Source: Kiritimatiellia bacterium (lineage in GTDB: Bacteria; Verrucomicrobiota; Kiritimatiellia; RFP12; UBA1067). Taken from it: a stretch of DNA of 64,000 bases. A program made the translations under genes and the position numbers. The stretch covers positions 31,684 to 95,683 of the forward strand of contig JAFQYM010000030.1 in NCBI GenBank assembly GCA_017406465.1. Direction: 5' to 3'. Below are positions 53,401 through 63,200 of this stretch, one piece after another. A model generated the notes under the pieces. The model saw nothing but the letters and a program-made list of their open reading frames with translations. It was not told where the DNA came from and did no database searches. Within the stretch, counting starts at the first letter, position 1. Each line of letters starts with the position of its first letter.

Positions 53401-55136
53401 GCGCGAAGACCGAGATTGGCGGCGTCGAGACGAACGTTGTCGTCTGGGCGAACCACAAGTCCGAGTTCCAGGCGGTCAAGGTGACGGGAATCGCCGCCGG
53501 AAAGTCCGCGAAGCTGACGCTCGTCAACCCGACCGACGGGCTCAAAGTCCTCTCGGCCTCCAACGCGGTGACGGTCGTCGCGGTGGCGGACGATGCGCCG
53601 GCGTTTGACAGCCTCGAGGAGGGTGCGACGCTCTATCGCTATGCAGAATTCGCCGCCTCCTATCCCGTCGTTGGCGCGGCCGAGGGTGCGAAGCTGACGT
53701 TCACGAAGCTCTCGGGGACGCTTCCCGCGGGGCTTAAGGTTGCTGCGGACGGCCAGGCGATGTCCGTTTCGGGCATCCCGTCGGCGAAGCCGGGAACCTA
53801 TGTGGCGGTCTACCAGGTTTCCCAGAAGGTCGGCACGAAGACCACGCCCGGTCTCACGATCGAGCTTGAGTACGAGATTGTCGACCCGACGGACGCATCT
53901 GCGGGCGGGACGGCCTACAACGAGGCGGTTGCGTCCGTGAACTCGCGTACGATCAAGGACATCGCCATGATTGCGCTAAACAAGGACATCGACGCGGCGG
54001 ACACGAACCGCCTGGCCGGACTCCTCCAGGTGACGATTCCGAAGACCGGCAAGCTCAGCGCGAAGCTGGCCTGTTCGGACGGGACTGTCGCCTTCTCTGC
54101 GAAGGGCTGGAGCGAATTCAACGAAGTCTCCCGCTCGCTCGTCGCCGACCTGACGTCGAACAAGGCCGGCTACTCCATGACGCTCGTCGCGGAGAATGAC
54201 GGCCCCGTCACCGTCTCCGTGACGACTCCCACGGGCGTCCAGCTATCCGGCATCACGAAGGGGAAAGTCTGGAGCAAGACGAATCCTGCGAGCGACTGGA
54301 TGGGCTACTACACAATCCAGCTAATCAACAATTCCGTGTCCGAAAGCTCCGAAGGTGTCGCGCCGCGCGGTAACGGCTACCTGACGCTCAAGATGAACAC
54401 GGCCGCGGCGGTGAATTCCGGTAAGGTGACGTGGGCGGGAATGCTTCCGAACGGCACGGCCGTTTCCGGTTCCGTCGTCCTCAACGCGGACGACGAGTGC
54501 GGGGCGCAGGTCTTCGTCTACAAGCGCTCCTCCACGGACGAGATTTCGAGCATCCTCGAGATCCCCGACTGCGAGTCGGTTGCGGGCGATCTCGACACGG
54601 GTGCCTTCTGGAAGCATACCGAGAAGTCCTTTGCGTACGAGGTCGGCTTCAACGCTTACGGTGCGCTGTACGTCGCGACGACCAACCTTGCCGAGGCCTG
54701 CGAAATCGGGTACGAGACGACGACGCCGACGCTGTACTTCGACATCGAAGGGCTCTGCGGCGCGCTTGCCGGCGGGACGCCGTCCGCGGTCGACGGCGTG
54801 AAGGTTTCCGTCGGCGAGAAGACTGTCACGGTTGAGAAGGGCAACGCGGCGGGCGCGACAATCTCGCTCAACCGCTCGACGGGCGTCGCGACTGGGTCGT
54901 TCAAGATTCCGTATACGGACGCTAAGGGTGCGGCGAAGACGATGACGGCGAACTTCAAGGGCGTCGTGGTGATCGGATGGGGTCCGGGCTGCGGCTGCGG
55001 CGACGATGATCCTAGCAGACCTGTGGCGCTTCCGTTCGTGAATGGTGCATTCTTCGTCTCCGACAAGGTTGGCGTGGCCGGCGGCACCAAGACGGCGACG
55101 GTCAAGCGCGGCGGAGCCATCTTCATTGACAAGTAA
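50484..55136 (+). CDS. Giant secreted protein: two thioredoxin-like CxxC domains, Calx-beta, putative Ig, conserved C-terminal module
   Basis: SD AAGGAG before ATG 50484; signal peptide; WSREGCAHC and ALWCPDC; Calx-beta-like VGF......V.E.....V.I.R..G..G.V.V; SGTLPAGL. Confidence 0.8.
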   Translation: MKIKGQLVLSALAAAATLLAVADSRVESSSDAQLFEFFTADRAPVGSEIQLGVWNSDIDACIELAKETGIPMIGVWSREGCAHCKILEHAIMSDVFREWIKKSGLILGFSTSLDSATLSGADQATRAKHYPGVVFDEGGGRQQAANPASGTPTGYTGDGRYWKWCKGPENLSNYPEVRFFWYEDGKKKVDFAVLGDKVDGQQGIYMGSYDKAGQNCINYITNKTGFKPYLDNPKSLSSYMGGTFEDGYTDGNRLEAEEGTGEISFDMVRGEAAAAVATNNTVKVVGPDKQVAETVVVEWEEGEDQKTVTVDMSKVNFSKNGDKALLIAVDADGNEQATNTVTYVTGSGESSGNPLWIGERKATTADGDIPVLQFGEWTMDLDVAKAKVADADGDAFTLVSVQGALWCPDCANTERNFTDVEDGSGNNRFAAWAAANQVALVAIDVPSFATNNIDNISRPTLLSRKAISTTLARAREYPASGAEASLTNAMVRSGLGYLTRKGVSDEVAADYLERNRQLVTTDFSEGGFHSVADSSPFRTGVPIFVVLDKEGIVKARLTRFASVSPMSDLDWDSAIKRFDELLAIARDGSAHADGGVLENDFPSADLEGFTANGGRVSGEISHCDFRDVYKLQNFGGNAVLQVDAVGESDAEVSLAFVTLDAAGRKTTVTNAVGRLSDGVSLRNMFASAGEYYVEISGASYDAADFAVANPTALAFHTYTLSGAVVLVPGEVRSTASAPEGQTTVTMELVEGTRYRIEGLADDPGDSLEKSGEDFYVAKTTGSAQLSVATAGGEVVYQIWNPGSVGFVAAAKKVKESVGDVEVAIARTEGTSGAVTVKVALDEDATTLYDSDGKARFAFAETEITWAEGANFTTNLTISVYDDTRFDGNGDVALKLALVADENGDTTLGLTNYVLTVTEDDKQSAGKAAFTGAEPFFSKKATVYARESEGATVYAERIEASDGFVTVKVNATNGAKTEIGGVETNVVVWANHKSEFQAVKVTGIAAGKSAKLTLVNPTDGLKVLSASNAVTVVAVADDAPAFDSLEEGATLYRYAEFAASYPVVGAAEGAKLTFTKLSGTLPAGLKVAADGQAMSVSGIPSAKPGTYVAVYQVSQKVGTKTTPGLTIELEYEIVDPTDASAGGTAYNEAVASVNSRTIKDIAMIALNKDIDAADTNRLAGLLQVTIPKTGKLSAKLACSDGTVAFSAKGWSEFNEVSRSLVADLTSNKAGYSMTLVAENDGPVTVSVTTPTGVQLSGITKGKVWSKTNPASDWMGYYTIQLINNSVSESSEGVAPRGNGYLTLKMNTAAAVNSGKVTWAGMLPNGTAVSGSVVLNADDECGAQVFVYKRSSTDEISSILEIPDCESVAGDLDTGAFWKHTEKSFAYEVGFNAYGALYVATTNLAEACEIGYETTTPTLYFDIEGLCGALAGGTPSAVDGVKVSVGEKTVTVEKGNAAGATISLNRSTGVATGSFKIPYTDAKGAAKTMTANFKGVVVIGWGPGCGCGDDDPSRPVALPFVNGAFFVSDKVGVAGGTKTATVKRGGAIFIDK

Positions 55137-55153
55137 AACGACAAGGGGGTAAA

Positions 55154-58100
55154 ATGGTCTCAAAATTTTCGATTGTCGCGATTGCGGCGACCTTGGCGGT
55201 CGGCACGGTGTTTGGCGCCGCGAAGACGGGCAGCTACGAGGGGTCGGCCGCGGCCCTCAAGGGTTCGCAGAGGGTGACGCTCGTCGGCGAGTACGATCCG
55301 GACGACAAGACGTATTCCGACTATTCGGGCGTCTACTACATGAAGGTCACGATCTCGAAGGGGTCGTCCTACTCGATTTGGACGGACCCGAACGAAGACA
55401 TCTCGCTCGACGTCTACACGAACAACGAGGACGCGTGGGTGTATTTCGACAGTGACTTCCTCGACGACGGTACCCAGTACGCCCGTCTCTCGGCTGCGGA
55501 TTGGTATGAAGACGATCCCTCGAAGGTGGTGTTCTACGTTCTGGTCTCGGGCGACATCGGGACGAGCGTGGGGGTCTATTCGCAGAGCTCCTGGCGGTCG
55601 TTCGTGCCTCCGGGCGATGAGGACAACAAGTACCACCTGTCGTTCTCGGAATCCGCGAAGACGTTCTCGTCGTCGTTCCTCGACGACGATTCGTACTGGA
55701 TGTCGGCGACGCTTTCGAAGGGGCGCATGTATCGCATCCGCACCGAGGGCGGCACTGTGGCGGATCCAACCGAGTTCATCATCGAGTCGGACGCCGACAC
55801 GTACGAGGTCTATCCCGATCCCGAATACGCCGCCGACACGAACAACTCGGCGTTTGTCTTCCGCCCGATCATCACGTCGAGTTCGGCCACGTACCAGTTC
55901 CGCGTGGTGGGTACCGCGGGGAAGGATTTCGTGCTCCACTACCAGCTCCTGAAGTCCCGCAAGATCGCCGACCATCCATCCATCGCCCTTGACGCCGTCG
56001 GCTATGAGGCGACATTTGCTCCCGGCCGCGAGATTGCGAGTTGGGACTACGCCGACTCGATAATCGACGAGCAGCTGTTCTCCATCAACCTTGCGAAGGG
56101 CGAACGCTGGGTCTTCGAGACGGAGGGTGCGGCTGTTCCGCTCAAGATGGTGGTCTACGATTCCAAGGAGAACATCCTTGCCGAGAACCAGACGCTTGAC
56201 GGCGTCGGCTACGATGTCCGCGCGGCTGTCGAGGCCACTGCGGCCGGCAAGTACTATGTGGGCGTCTGCGAATCTGAAGTGGGTCCGGGAGAGGCGACGA
56301 GTGGTGGTGTCGTAACGATCCGCGCCCGTGCGGTCTCCGCGCTTGAGGGCGATCCCGACGAGTTTGACTCGCTCGATGACACGGTCGAGGGCGCGACTGG
56401 GCTCGAGGTGCTTCCCGGCAACGAGGAATCGCATCCTGCCGAAGCCGGCTTGCAGCATGGCCCGCACCGCCTTTCTGCGACCGACTGGGCCGATACATTC
56501 GTCATTGCTGCGCGCAAGGGCATCACCTACCGCGTCGGAATGAGCTTCGTCGACATCGAGGACATGTCTCCTCTTCCTCTTCGGTGCGAGGTGTTCACTG
56601 TCGCCGGGACGAAGGAGACTTCCGTCGCACAGGATGAGCTCGGGGGCGTGTTCGGAGGCTACGTAGAGTTCACTGCGTCCGCGAACGCAGCCTACTACGT
56701 GCGTTTCACGGTCGCTGGCGGAAAGAGCCTCGACTATCCCGCCTACAATGTGAGTTCGGTCGCCTATCAAGCGGGCGGCGGCCTCGGCATCTTGACCGTC
56801 GACATGCCTGGATCTTCGGGGGCGACCTGGTCCCTCGGTTCTGAGTCGGTCAAGTATCCCGCCGGGTCGTCTGTTCTTGTGAGTGGCACGCAGTTGGTCA
56901 AGTTCACCGCTCCAAGCGGCTACAAGGTCTCCGACGTCATCGTCGGTGGAGTGTCGTATGGCGCGGTTGCATCGGTCTCCGCGAAGGTTGATCCGGGGAC
57001 TGCCCCGACTGTCGTTAGTGCGAAGTGCTCCGACACGTTCGACCCGAAGGATGACGTCGCCGCGGGCGCGACGGCGCTCTCGGTCAAGAACGTTGATACA
57101 GTGTACGCTAAGCGCACGCTCTGGGAGGAGGACAAGGCGGACTACTTCTCGCTCACGGGAACTGACGGCTACCTCTACGACTTTGCGCTGCGCGGCGTCG
57201 AGGGCGACGCGGTGTTCTCGATTGTCAACGACGATCTCGGCGTGCTCGTCGAGGACGTGACAAGCGTCAGCCAGTTTGAGATGCCGAAGACGAAGTCGAA
57301 GTACTTCATCGTCGTGTCCCATGGCACGGAGGCGGCGACGGGCGGTGCGTATTCGCTCGTCGGCAAGTTCGCGAACGTCGGCGCCATCAAGTTCGCGAAG
57401 ACCGCCGTGAGCGCGAAGGAAAGCGCCGCGTCCGTGGCCATCACCGTCAACCGCACTGCGAAAGACGGCTATGTCCGCGTCAAGTACGGCACCGTGGCGG
57501 GCACCGCGAAGCCCGGCATCGACTATATCGCGCAGAACGGCGTCCTCGAGTGGGCGAATGGCGACAACAAGGCGAAGACGATCACCGTCAGCCTGCTTCC
57601 CGACCTCGTGCCGGTCTATGAGGGCAACAAGGCCTTCTCCGTCCAGCTGGAGCCGATGCCTGAAGACGAGCGCGTCGCGGGCGAGTATCCTGCGTTGGTC
57701 GTAGGCGGCGACGTCTGCGCAGTCACCTTGACGGAGGTCTCCAAGGCCGGCACCACGGCGGCGGATGCTTATGCGAAGCTGGCGCCGAAGCTCGCGACGG
57801 TGAAAACTGAGATGGTTCCGCTTGAGACCGGCACGTTCTACGGCGTACTCGAAGAGGACGGCTCTTCCCTCACGAATGGCCTGCCAGCGCTGGCATCTGT
57901 CACCCTGACCGCGTCCACGGCGAAACCGTCCGCGCTGTCCGCAAAGGTCGCGCTCGCCGGCAAGACCTACACCTTCTCCGCGAAGGGCTGGGATGACGGC
58001 GACGACGAGGGGACGGTCAGGAAGGAGTTCATCCTCGCGCGGAAGGTGAACAGCATTGACGAGGAGACTGGCAAGACCGTGTCCGTGACCGTCACCAACA

Positions 58101-59260
58101 CGCTCGTCGTGACTGTCGCCTCTGGCGCGACCGACACGGATGGCGACTGGCTTAGGGCTGGAGGATCCGCAGAGCTCGTAATGAATGTCCCGGACGCGAA
58201 CAACAAGGGCTATCAGGAGGAGATCGTCTACCGTGGCGAGATCTTCCGCAACAACGCGAAGATTCAGGACTATCTCACGGCGGTGACGAACTTCACCGGG
58301 TACTACACGGTGGCGCTAGCCCCCGAGTGCGTCTCCTCCGCGGACGGCATCCCTGCAGGAAACGGCTACATCACTCTCACGATCGACAACAAGGGCACCG
58401 TCAAGGCGGCGGGCATGCTGGCTGATGGGACGACGAAGCCGTCGATCTCCGCGACAGCGTGCGCCCTTGTCGAGGATAAGTTCTCCGCCAATGGCTGGTC
58501 CATGCTCGTGCCCTTGTTCATGGCGAAGTCGCCGCTTGTGTTTGGCGGCACGCTCCGCCTCTACGCAGACGAGTCCGGGCAGGTTGTCGTCGACTCGACG
58601 CGGCCGCTAGTCTGGAACAATGACAACGCCAAGCTCACCTACGTCGGCGAGGAAGGGTACCGCATCCTTCTCGACCCGGTCGGCGGTTGGTATGACAAGG
58701 TCGTGAACCTTCAGGCCTACTACCTGAACTACGCGTTCGAAGTGTCGACGGCCGAGATCACCGAGTTCCCGTCCGAAGCGCTGACTGCCGGCTACAGGTT
58801 CGTGACGGATGTCGAGCCGAACGGGACGGCGGTCGACCTTGCGGGCGACGCGTTCTCGGTCGCAAAGAAGGTTCTCGCAAAGAACGGAGGTCTTTACGAC
58901 CTCGTGGGCGGCGTCAATCCCTGCAATGTCCAGGTGAAACTTGCCCGTGCTACCGGTCTCGTCACTGGTTCCTTCTCGCTTTGGAGCGAGACCGAAGACG
59001 GGGCGAAGCAGAAGGAAATAACCGGAATCAAGCACAACGGAGTGCTCCTGCTTGCCCGCGACGCCTTTTCGTCGCTCTCCGACGAAGTCCTTGCCGCTGG
59101 GTTCTGCACGAAGGCCGTCAAGGTCTTTGACTACAACGAGTCGACTAAGAAGACCACGACGCGCAGCTGGACTTTCTCGCTGCCGTTCAACTTGGTCGGC
59201 GTCGACCAGGGCGAAATCGACTGGTGGGCAGACGACTGGGGCGAACAGCCGATCGACTGA
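55154..59260 (+). CDS. Giant secreted protein with PPC-like beta-sandwich repeats, Calx-beta and conserved C-terminal module
   Basis: Signal peptide; repeated D.FD..DD...GAT.L; D.AD.F; Calx-beta KYGTVAGTAKPGIDY.A.NG.LEW..GD...KTI.V. Confidence 0.78.
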   Translation: MVSKFSIVAIAATLAVGTVFGAAKTGSYEGSAAALKGSQRVTLVGEYDPDDKTYSDYSGVYYMKVTISKGSSYSIWTDPNEDISLDVYTNNEDAWVYFDSDFLDDGTQYARLSAADWYEDDPSKVVFYVLVSGDIGTSVGVYSQSSWRSFVPPGDEDNKYHLSFSESAKTFSSSFLDDDSYWMSATLSKGRMYRIRTEGGTVADPTEFIIESDADTYEVYPDPEYAADTNNSAFVFRPIITSSSATYQFRVVGTAGKDFVLHYQLLKSRKIADHPSIALDAVGYEATFAPGREIASWDYADSIIDEQLFSINLAKGERWVFETEGAAVPLKMVVYDSKENILAENQTLDGVGYDVRAAVEATAAGKYYVGVCESEVGPGEATSGGVVTIRARAVSALEGDPDEFDSLDDTVEGATGLEVLPGNEESHPAEAGLQHGPHRLSATDWADTFVIAARKGITYRVGMSFVDIEDMSPLPLRCEVFTVAGTKETSVAQDELGGVFGGYVEFTASANAAYYVRFTVAGGKSLDYPAYNVSSVAYQAGGGLGILTVDMPGSSGATWSLGSESVKYPAGSSVLVSGTQLVKFTAPSGYKVSDVIVGGVSYGAVASVSAKVDPGTAPTVVSAKCSDTFDPKDDVAAGATALSVKNVDTVYAKRTLWEEDKADYFSLTGTDGYLYDFALRGVEGDAVFSIVNDDLGVLVEDVTSVSQFEMPKTKSKYFIVVSHGTEAATGGAYSLVGKFANVGAIKFAKTAVSAKESAASVAITVNRTAKDGYVRVKYGTVAGTAKPGIDYIAQNGVLEWANGDNKAKTITVSLLPDLVPVYEGNKAFSVQLEPMPEDERVAGEYPALVVGGDVCAVTLTEVSKAGTTAADAYAKLAPKLATVKTEMVPLETGTFYGVLEEDGSSLTNGLPALASVTLTASTAKPSALSAKVALAGKTYTFSAKGWDDGDDEGTVRKEFILARKVNSIDEETGKTVSVTVTNTLVVTVASGATDTDGDWLRAGGSAELVMNVPDANNKGYQEEIVYRGEIFRNNAKIQDYLTAVTNFTGYYTVALAPECVSSADGIPAGNGYITLTIDNKGTVKAAGMLADGTTKPSISATACALVEDKFSANGWSMLVPLFMAKSPLVFGGTLRLYADESGQVVVDSTRPLVWNNDNAKLTYVGEEGYRILLDPVGGWYDKVVNLQAYYLNYAFEVSTAEITEFPSEALTAGYRFVTDVEPNGTAVDLAGDAFSVAKKVLAKNGGLYDLVGGVNPCNVQVKLARATGLVTGSFSLWSETEDGAKQKEITGIKHNGVLLLARDAFSSLSDEVLAAGFCTKAVKVFDYNESTKKTTTRSWTFSLPFNLVGVDQGEIDWWADDWGEQPID

Positions 59261-59286
59261 CGCGGTGGCTTCGTGCGTCAAAAGGG

Positions 59287-59322
59287 GATTCGGCCCGCCT
59301 CGGCGGACCGAATCTCTTTTTT
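59287..59322 (+). terminator. Intrinsic terminator
   Basis: GATTCGG-c-CCGCC-tc-GGCGG-a-CCGAATC followed by TCTTTTTT. Confidence 0.8.
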
Positions 59323-59333
59323 ACGGTTCGAAT

Positions 59334-59361
59334 TGTGTCATGGCGCAAAATGCGGTATAAT
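59334..59361 (+). promoter_or_regulatory. Sigma70-type promoter (near-leaderless)
   Basis: TTGTGT, 17-nt spacer, TATAAT (59356-59361); ATG follows 8 nt later. Confidence 0.6.
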
Positions 59362-59369
59362 ATCCGACA

Positions 59370-60254
59370 ATGGAACTATCCAAAAAGTCGATTGCCCTCT
59401 CGGGCGCCGTCTTGCTTGTCGTCGGTGTCGTGTTGTGGCTTGTGTTTGCATTGGGTGCGAGCGTGCCAGACGACGGCGTGTCCAATGCTGGCGGCGCTTC
59501 TGCGGCTGGAGCCGTTGGCGGAAGGACTCGAAAGCATGTTTCGCAACGCATTCACGAGAAGGGGCGTCGGCATCGCGACGGCGTTGCAGCCGAAAGGAGG
59601 AGGCCAGACCTGTTGTCGGAGTTCTCAAGGGACGAGATCGACGGCTTGCCCGAGGAGTTCAGGAAGATATTTGAGGAACTTCAGGCGGCGCTGGACGCAG
59701 ACGACTGGAAGAGGACTGTCAAGATAGTGCAGCGGATGCAGAATTCCGCCGAGTGGCCGGACGGGATCCCCTCTGCGCTTCACCATGCGGCGATAGAAAT
59801 GCTGAAGTGGTTCGGTTCGCACGCCGCGCCTGAACTTGTAGGCTATCTCGGTTCAACTGATTCCGAGGTGGTCGAGAGCGCGACAGAGGCCATGCTTGAC
59901 GTGCTTGGCGACTTTTCGCTTAGCGACCGCGACCGCAGCGCGCTGCTGCTGGGCTACATAAAGGTGATTCGCGATGCCGACATGCTTGACATGATGATGT
60001 TCGAGCTGAACAACATGCGTCCGACTGTGCGGGCCGAGACCGCTCTTGGCATCTGGGGAAGCGAAAACGACGCGGCGCGCTCGGTTCTTCAGGAGGGGCT
60101 CGACTTCTTTTTCGGCGATGCCGACGGCTATGAGGTCAAGGGGCAGGAGGACATCCAGCGGTATCTTGACGATGCCGAGCGAACGTATGCCAATGATCCT
60201 GACCTGGCCGAGAGCGACGAAGATTTCTATGGTGGGGACAAAGATGCGGAATGA
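59370..60254 (+). CDS. Membrane-anchored hypothetical protein with HEAT-like helical repeats
   Basis: N-terminal TM; A.IEML.WFG..AAPELVGYL.S.D.EV.E.A.EA (HEAT-like); acidic C-terminus. Confidence 0.7.
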   Translation: MELSKKSIALSGAVLLVVGVVLWLVFALGASVPDDGVSNAGGASAAGAVGGRTRKHVSQRIHEKGRRHRDGVAAERRRPDLLSEFSRDEIDGLPEEFRKIFEELQAALDADDWKRTVKIVQRMQNSAEWPDGIPSALHHAAIEMLKWFGSHAAPELVGYLGSTDSEVVESATEAMLDVLGDFSLSDRDRSALLLGYIKVIRDADMLDMMMFELNNMRPTVRAETALGIWGSENDAARSVLQEGLDFFFGDADGYEVKGQEDIQRYLDDAERTYANDPDLAESDEDFYGGDKDAE

Positions 60255-60273
60255 AAGCAAGGAGGTGCATGTC

Positions 60274-63200
60274 ATGAATCGAATCCGACTCGTCATAATG
60301 GCCTTTGCCGCGCTTGTCGCGGCTTCTGCGACTGCCGTGACAGTCGCGGTGGACGACTCCTGTGTCGGCATGGGATCGGTTTCCTGGAAGCAGACGGCGG
60401 TTGATGGCGGCACTGCTACGTTGACGCTTGCGGCCGAAGCCGCCGACGGATGTGCGTTCTCCGGCTGGACGGTGGGCGGCAAGGATCCTGAATGGGATTT
60501 CGACTTGCGGAATCCTTCGGTGTCCAACGTGGTCGTCCCGACCAATGCCTCAGTGACGGCGATGTTCGTCGCCGCATGGGAGGACACTCTCTACTTCGAC
60601 TTTGCAGACGACCTTTCGGACCTTGAATGCGGGAAGGCCGTAGACGTGCAGCTTTTCGTAGATTCGGCGTCGTATCCGACACTGAAGTTTTCTGGGCTTC
60701 CGGCGGGGCTTTACTATGATGCGCGGACATTGTCGATACGCGGCACGCCGACGACGCCGTGTTCGAAAACGCTTGTCGTCACCGGCAGCAACGGGTCTGG
60801 GTACAAGTTTTCGCAGACATTTGACACGTCTGTTTCCGACATCTCCGGCGAAAGACTCGTTGGGCAGGATGTCGAACTCTCCTTGGGCGAGTACTATCAT
60901 GCTTCCTTTGAAGAAGTCTTTACATGCTATGCCGAGCGTGTCTCGACGAAGCTAACTGGTTTTCCCCCTGGCCTCGAGTGGAGGGATTCTTGGGATCTCC
61001 TGTTTGGGACCCCGTCAGTCTCCGGCACCTTTGTCCTGCAGGCAACGGTAAAGTTTCCCGACGGAACGTCCGAGACGGCGACAGCGAGAATGGTGGTTGT
61101 GGCTCCCAGCCCTTCCGACTACGACGTGGATTTGTCGGGCATTGAGGACCTTGCCGTCGGTGACAGCCTGATCTCTGGCGAGTGCGAAATCGGCAGATAC
61201 GAAGACGGCATCGGCATCGTTTCCGTGAAAGGGTTGCCGAGGGGACTTTCCATCGAGACGTGGACTGACGACTCGGCGAAGGTCTATGGCATTGTGGGGC
61301 TTGTCCGCGAGCCGGGCAGGTTTTCCATCCACGTCGTGGTCAAGGCCATGGATGGCGACGATGTCAAGACGATCGATACAGAATCCGTGGTTTTTGTCTC
61401 CGATTCGCCGGGGCGCTATCTCAAGGTTTCCGTCGACGCCGATTCGCCGGATGGGAGCGGATCGGTTTCCGGGGGAGGCGTAGTCTCTGCGGCATCTGGC
61501 GCTACTATCAAGGCGACTGCGGCGAAGGGGAATGTCTTTGCGGGATGGTTTGACGCCGACGGTGAGATTGCCGAGATGGACGACGGTGTTGACTATCGTT
61601 CTCCGTCTGTGAGTTTCGGGCCCGATGCCGAATTCGAGTTCATGGACCTAAAAGGGCGTTTCGTGCCGCAGGGCGAGGACGATACGGTCGAGTTTGAAGG
61701 ACTTTCCGACGAGACGTTCTCGTTCGCCGCCGACGACAGTCTTGCCGAGAGCTTTACAGTCAGTTCACTGTCGCTTCCTGTCTTGAGCGCGACGGGGCTT
61801 CCGACGGGCGTGTCGATTGTGCCAGGGGAAGATGGCGAATACAGACTGGTCTACGACGGCGAGACGATTGCCAGGCGTCCGAGCCCTGGTCGCTACGCCG
61901 TGACGATTACGGCCGTCAACCAGTCGAAAGCGAAGGCCACAGCAACGTTTTTGCTTGTCGTCGAGAATGTCTACAGCGACAGGATCGCCGTAGAAGACGA
62001 CTACGGAGAGTTTGTTCCCGACGAGGCAATTGAGCCTATCGACCTGTCCGGGGCCGTCGATTTCGCTTCCGGCGAGACGCTCTCCGTCTCGGGACTTCCG
62101 CGTGGCCTCGTCTGGAACGCTTCGAAGAATGCAAAGACTGGAGCTGCTGCGCATACGATTACGGGAATTCCGACGCAGCCCGGCTACTACACGCTGACAT
62201 TCACGGCCAAGGTTGTATCTTCTGTGACGACAAACGGGCAGGGAAGGGTGGTGTCGACTTTTGAGACGGCAACTGCGACGGCCTTCCTGACGGTCCTGCC
62301 GTATCCGGAGCTTTCCATCGAAGTCTACGACGATGCCGCGGCCGCTGGATGCAAAGTTTCCGGCGGCGGACACTACAAGGTCGGCACGAAGGCGACACTC
62401 AAGGCGACTGCGGCGAAGGGCTGGGTCTTCGCCGGGTGGGACGGGGTTGGAGAGACGGTGCCGTTCGCGTCCCTTGCGCCGACCCTGTCCATCGAGACTG
62501 GACAGGACGACCTTTATGTCGGGGCTTTGTTCGTGCAGGTCGAGGACGATTCTCTCGAATTGCTTGAACCATACGATACGGAGAACGGCTTTGCCGCGGA
62601 GCTCGAACTTGGAGTCGACGTCGAAGAGACCGAATACGCCTATCTTGTCGCCGATCTCGTGGATACGGTGTCGCTGCCGGCTGTTTCGGTTTCCGGACTT
62701 CCCGCGGGCGTCAAGTTCAATGCGAAGACCTTTGCTCTTTTCGGCAAGCCGACGAAGTCCGGCGTCTACTACGCAACAGTCACCGCCAAGAACGCAGGCG
62801 GCTACTCGTTTGTCCGCGTGTTGAGAATTGCCGTTCTCGACGCCGACGGGGAATTGCCGCAGGAGGCGGGTCTCCAGAATGACGCCGGTATCGACTTCTC
62901 TCCGCTCGACACCTTGACCACAGGTGTGCTTTGTCAAGAGGGTGATGTCGTTCTCGAGGTTGGGGCACGCCCTGAAGTAGGAACGGCGGTTAAGAAGGTG
63001 TCGGTCTCGGGTGTTCCTTCTGGGCTAAAGGCGGCTACAGTCGTGGTAGAGGGCCTTGGGAGCATAGAACTTACAGGCACTCCGTCCAAGCCGGGGCGCT
63101 TGACGATGGTTGTCACGGTCACCTATGAGGACGGCAAGACTGCAAAATCGCAATACGCATTCAATGTCGAGGACGGAGGGTCTTACTATCTTTCCGTGCT

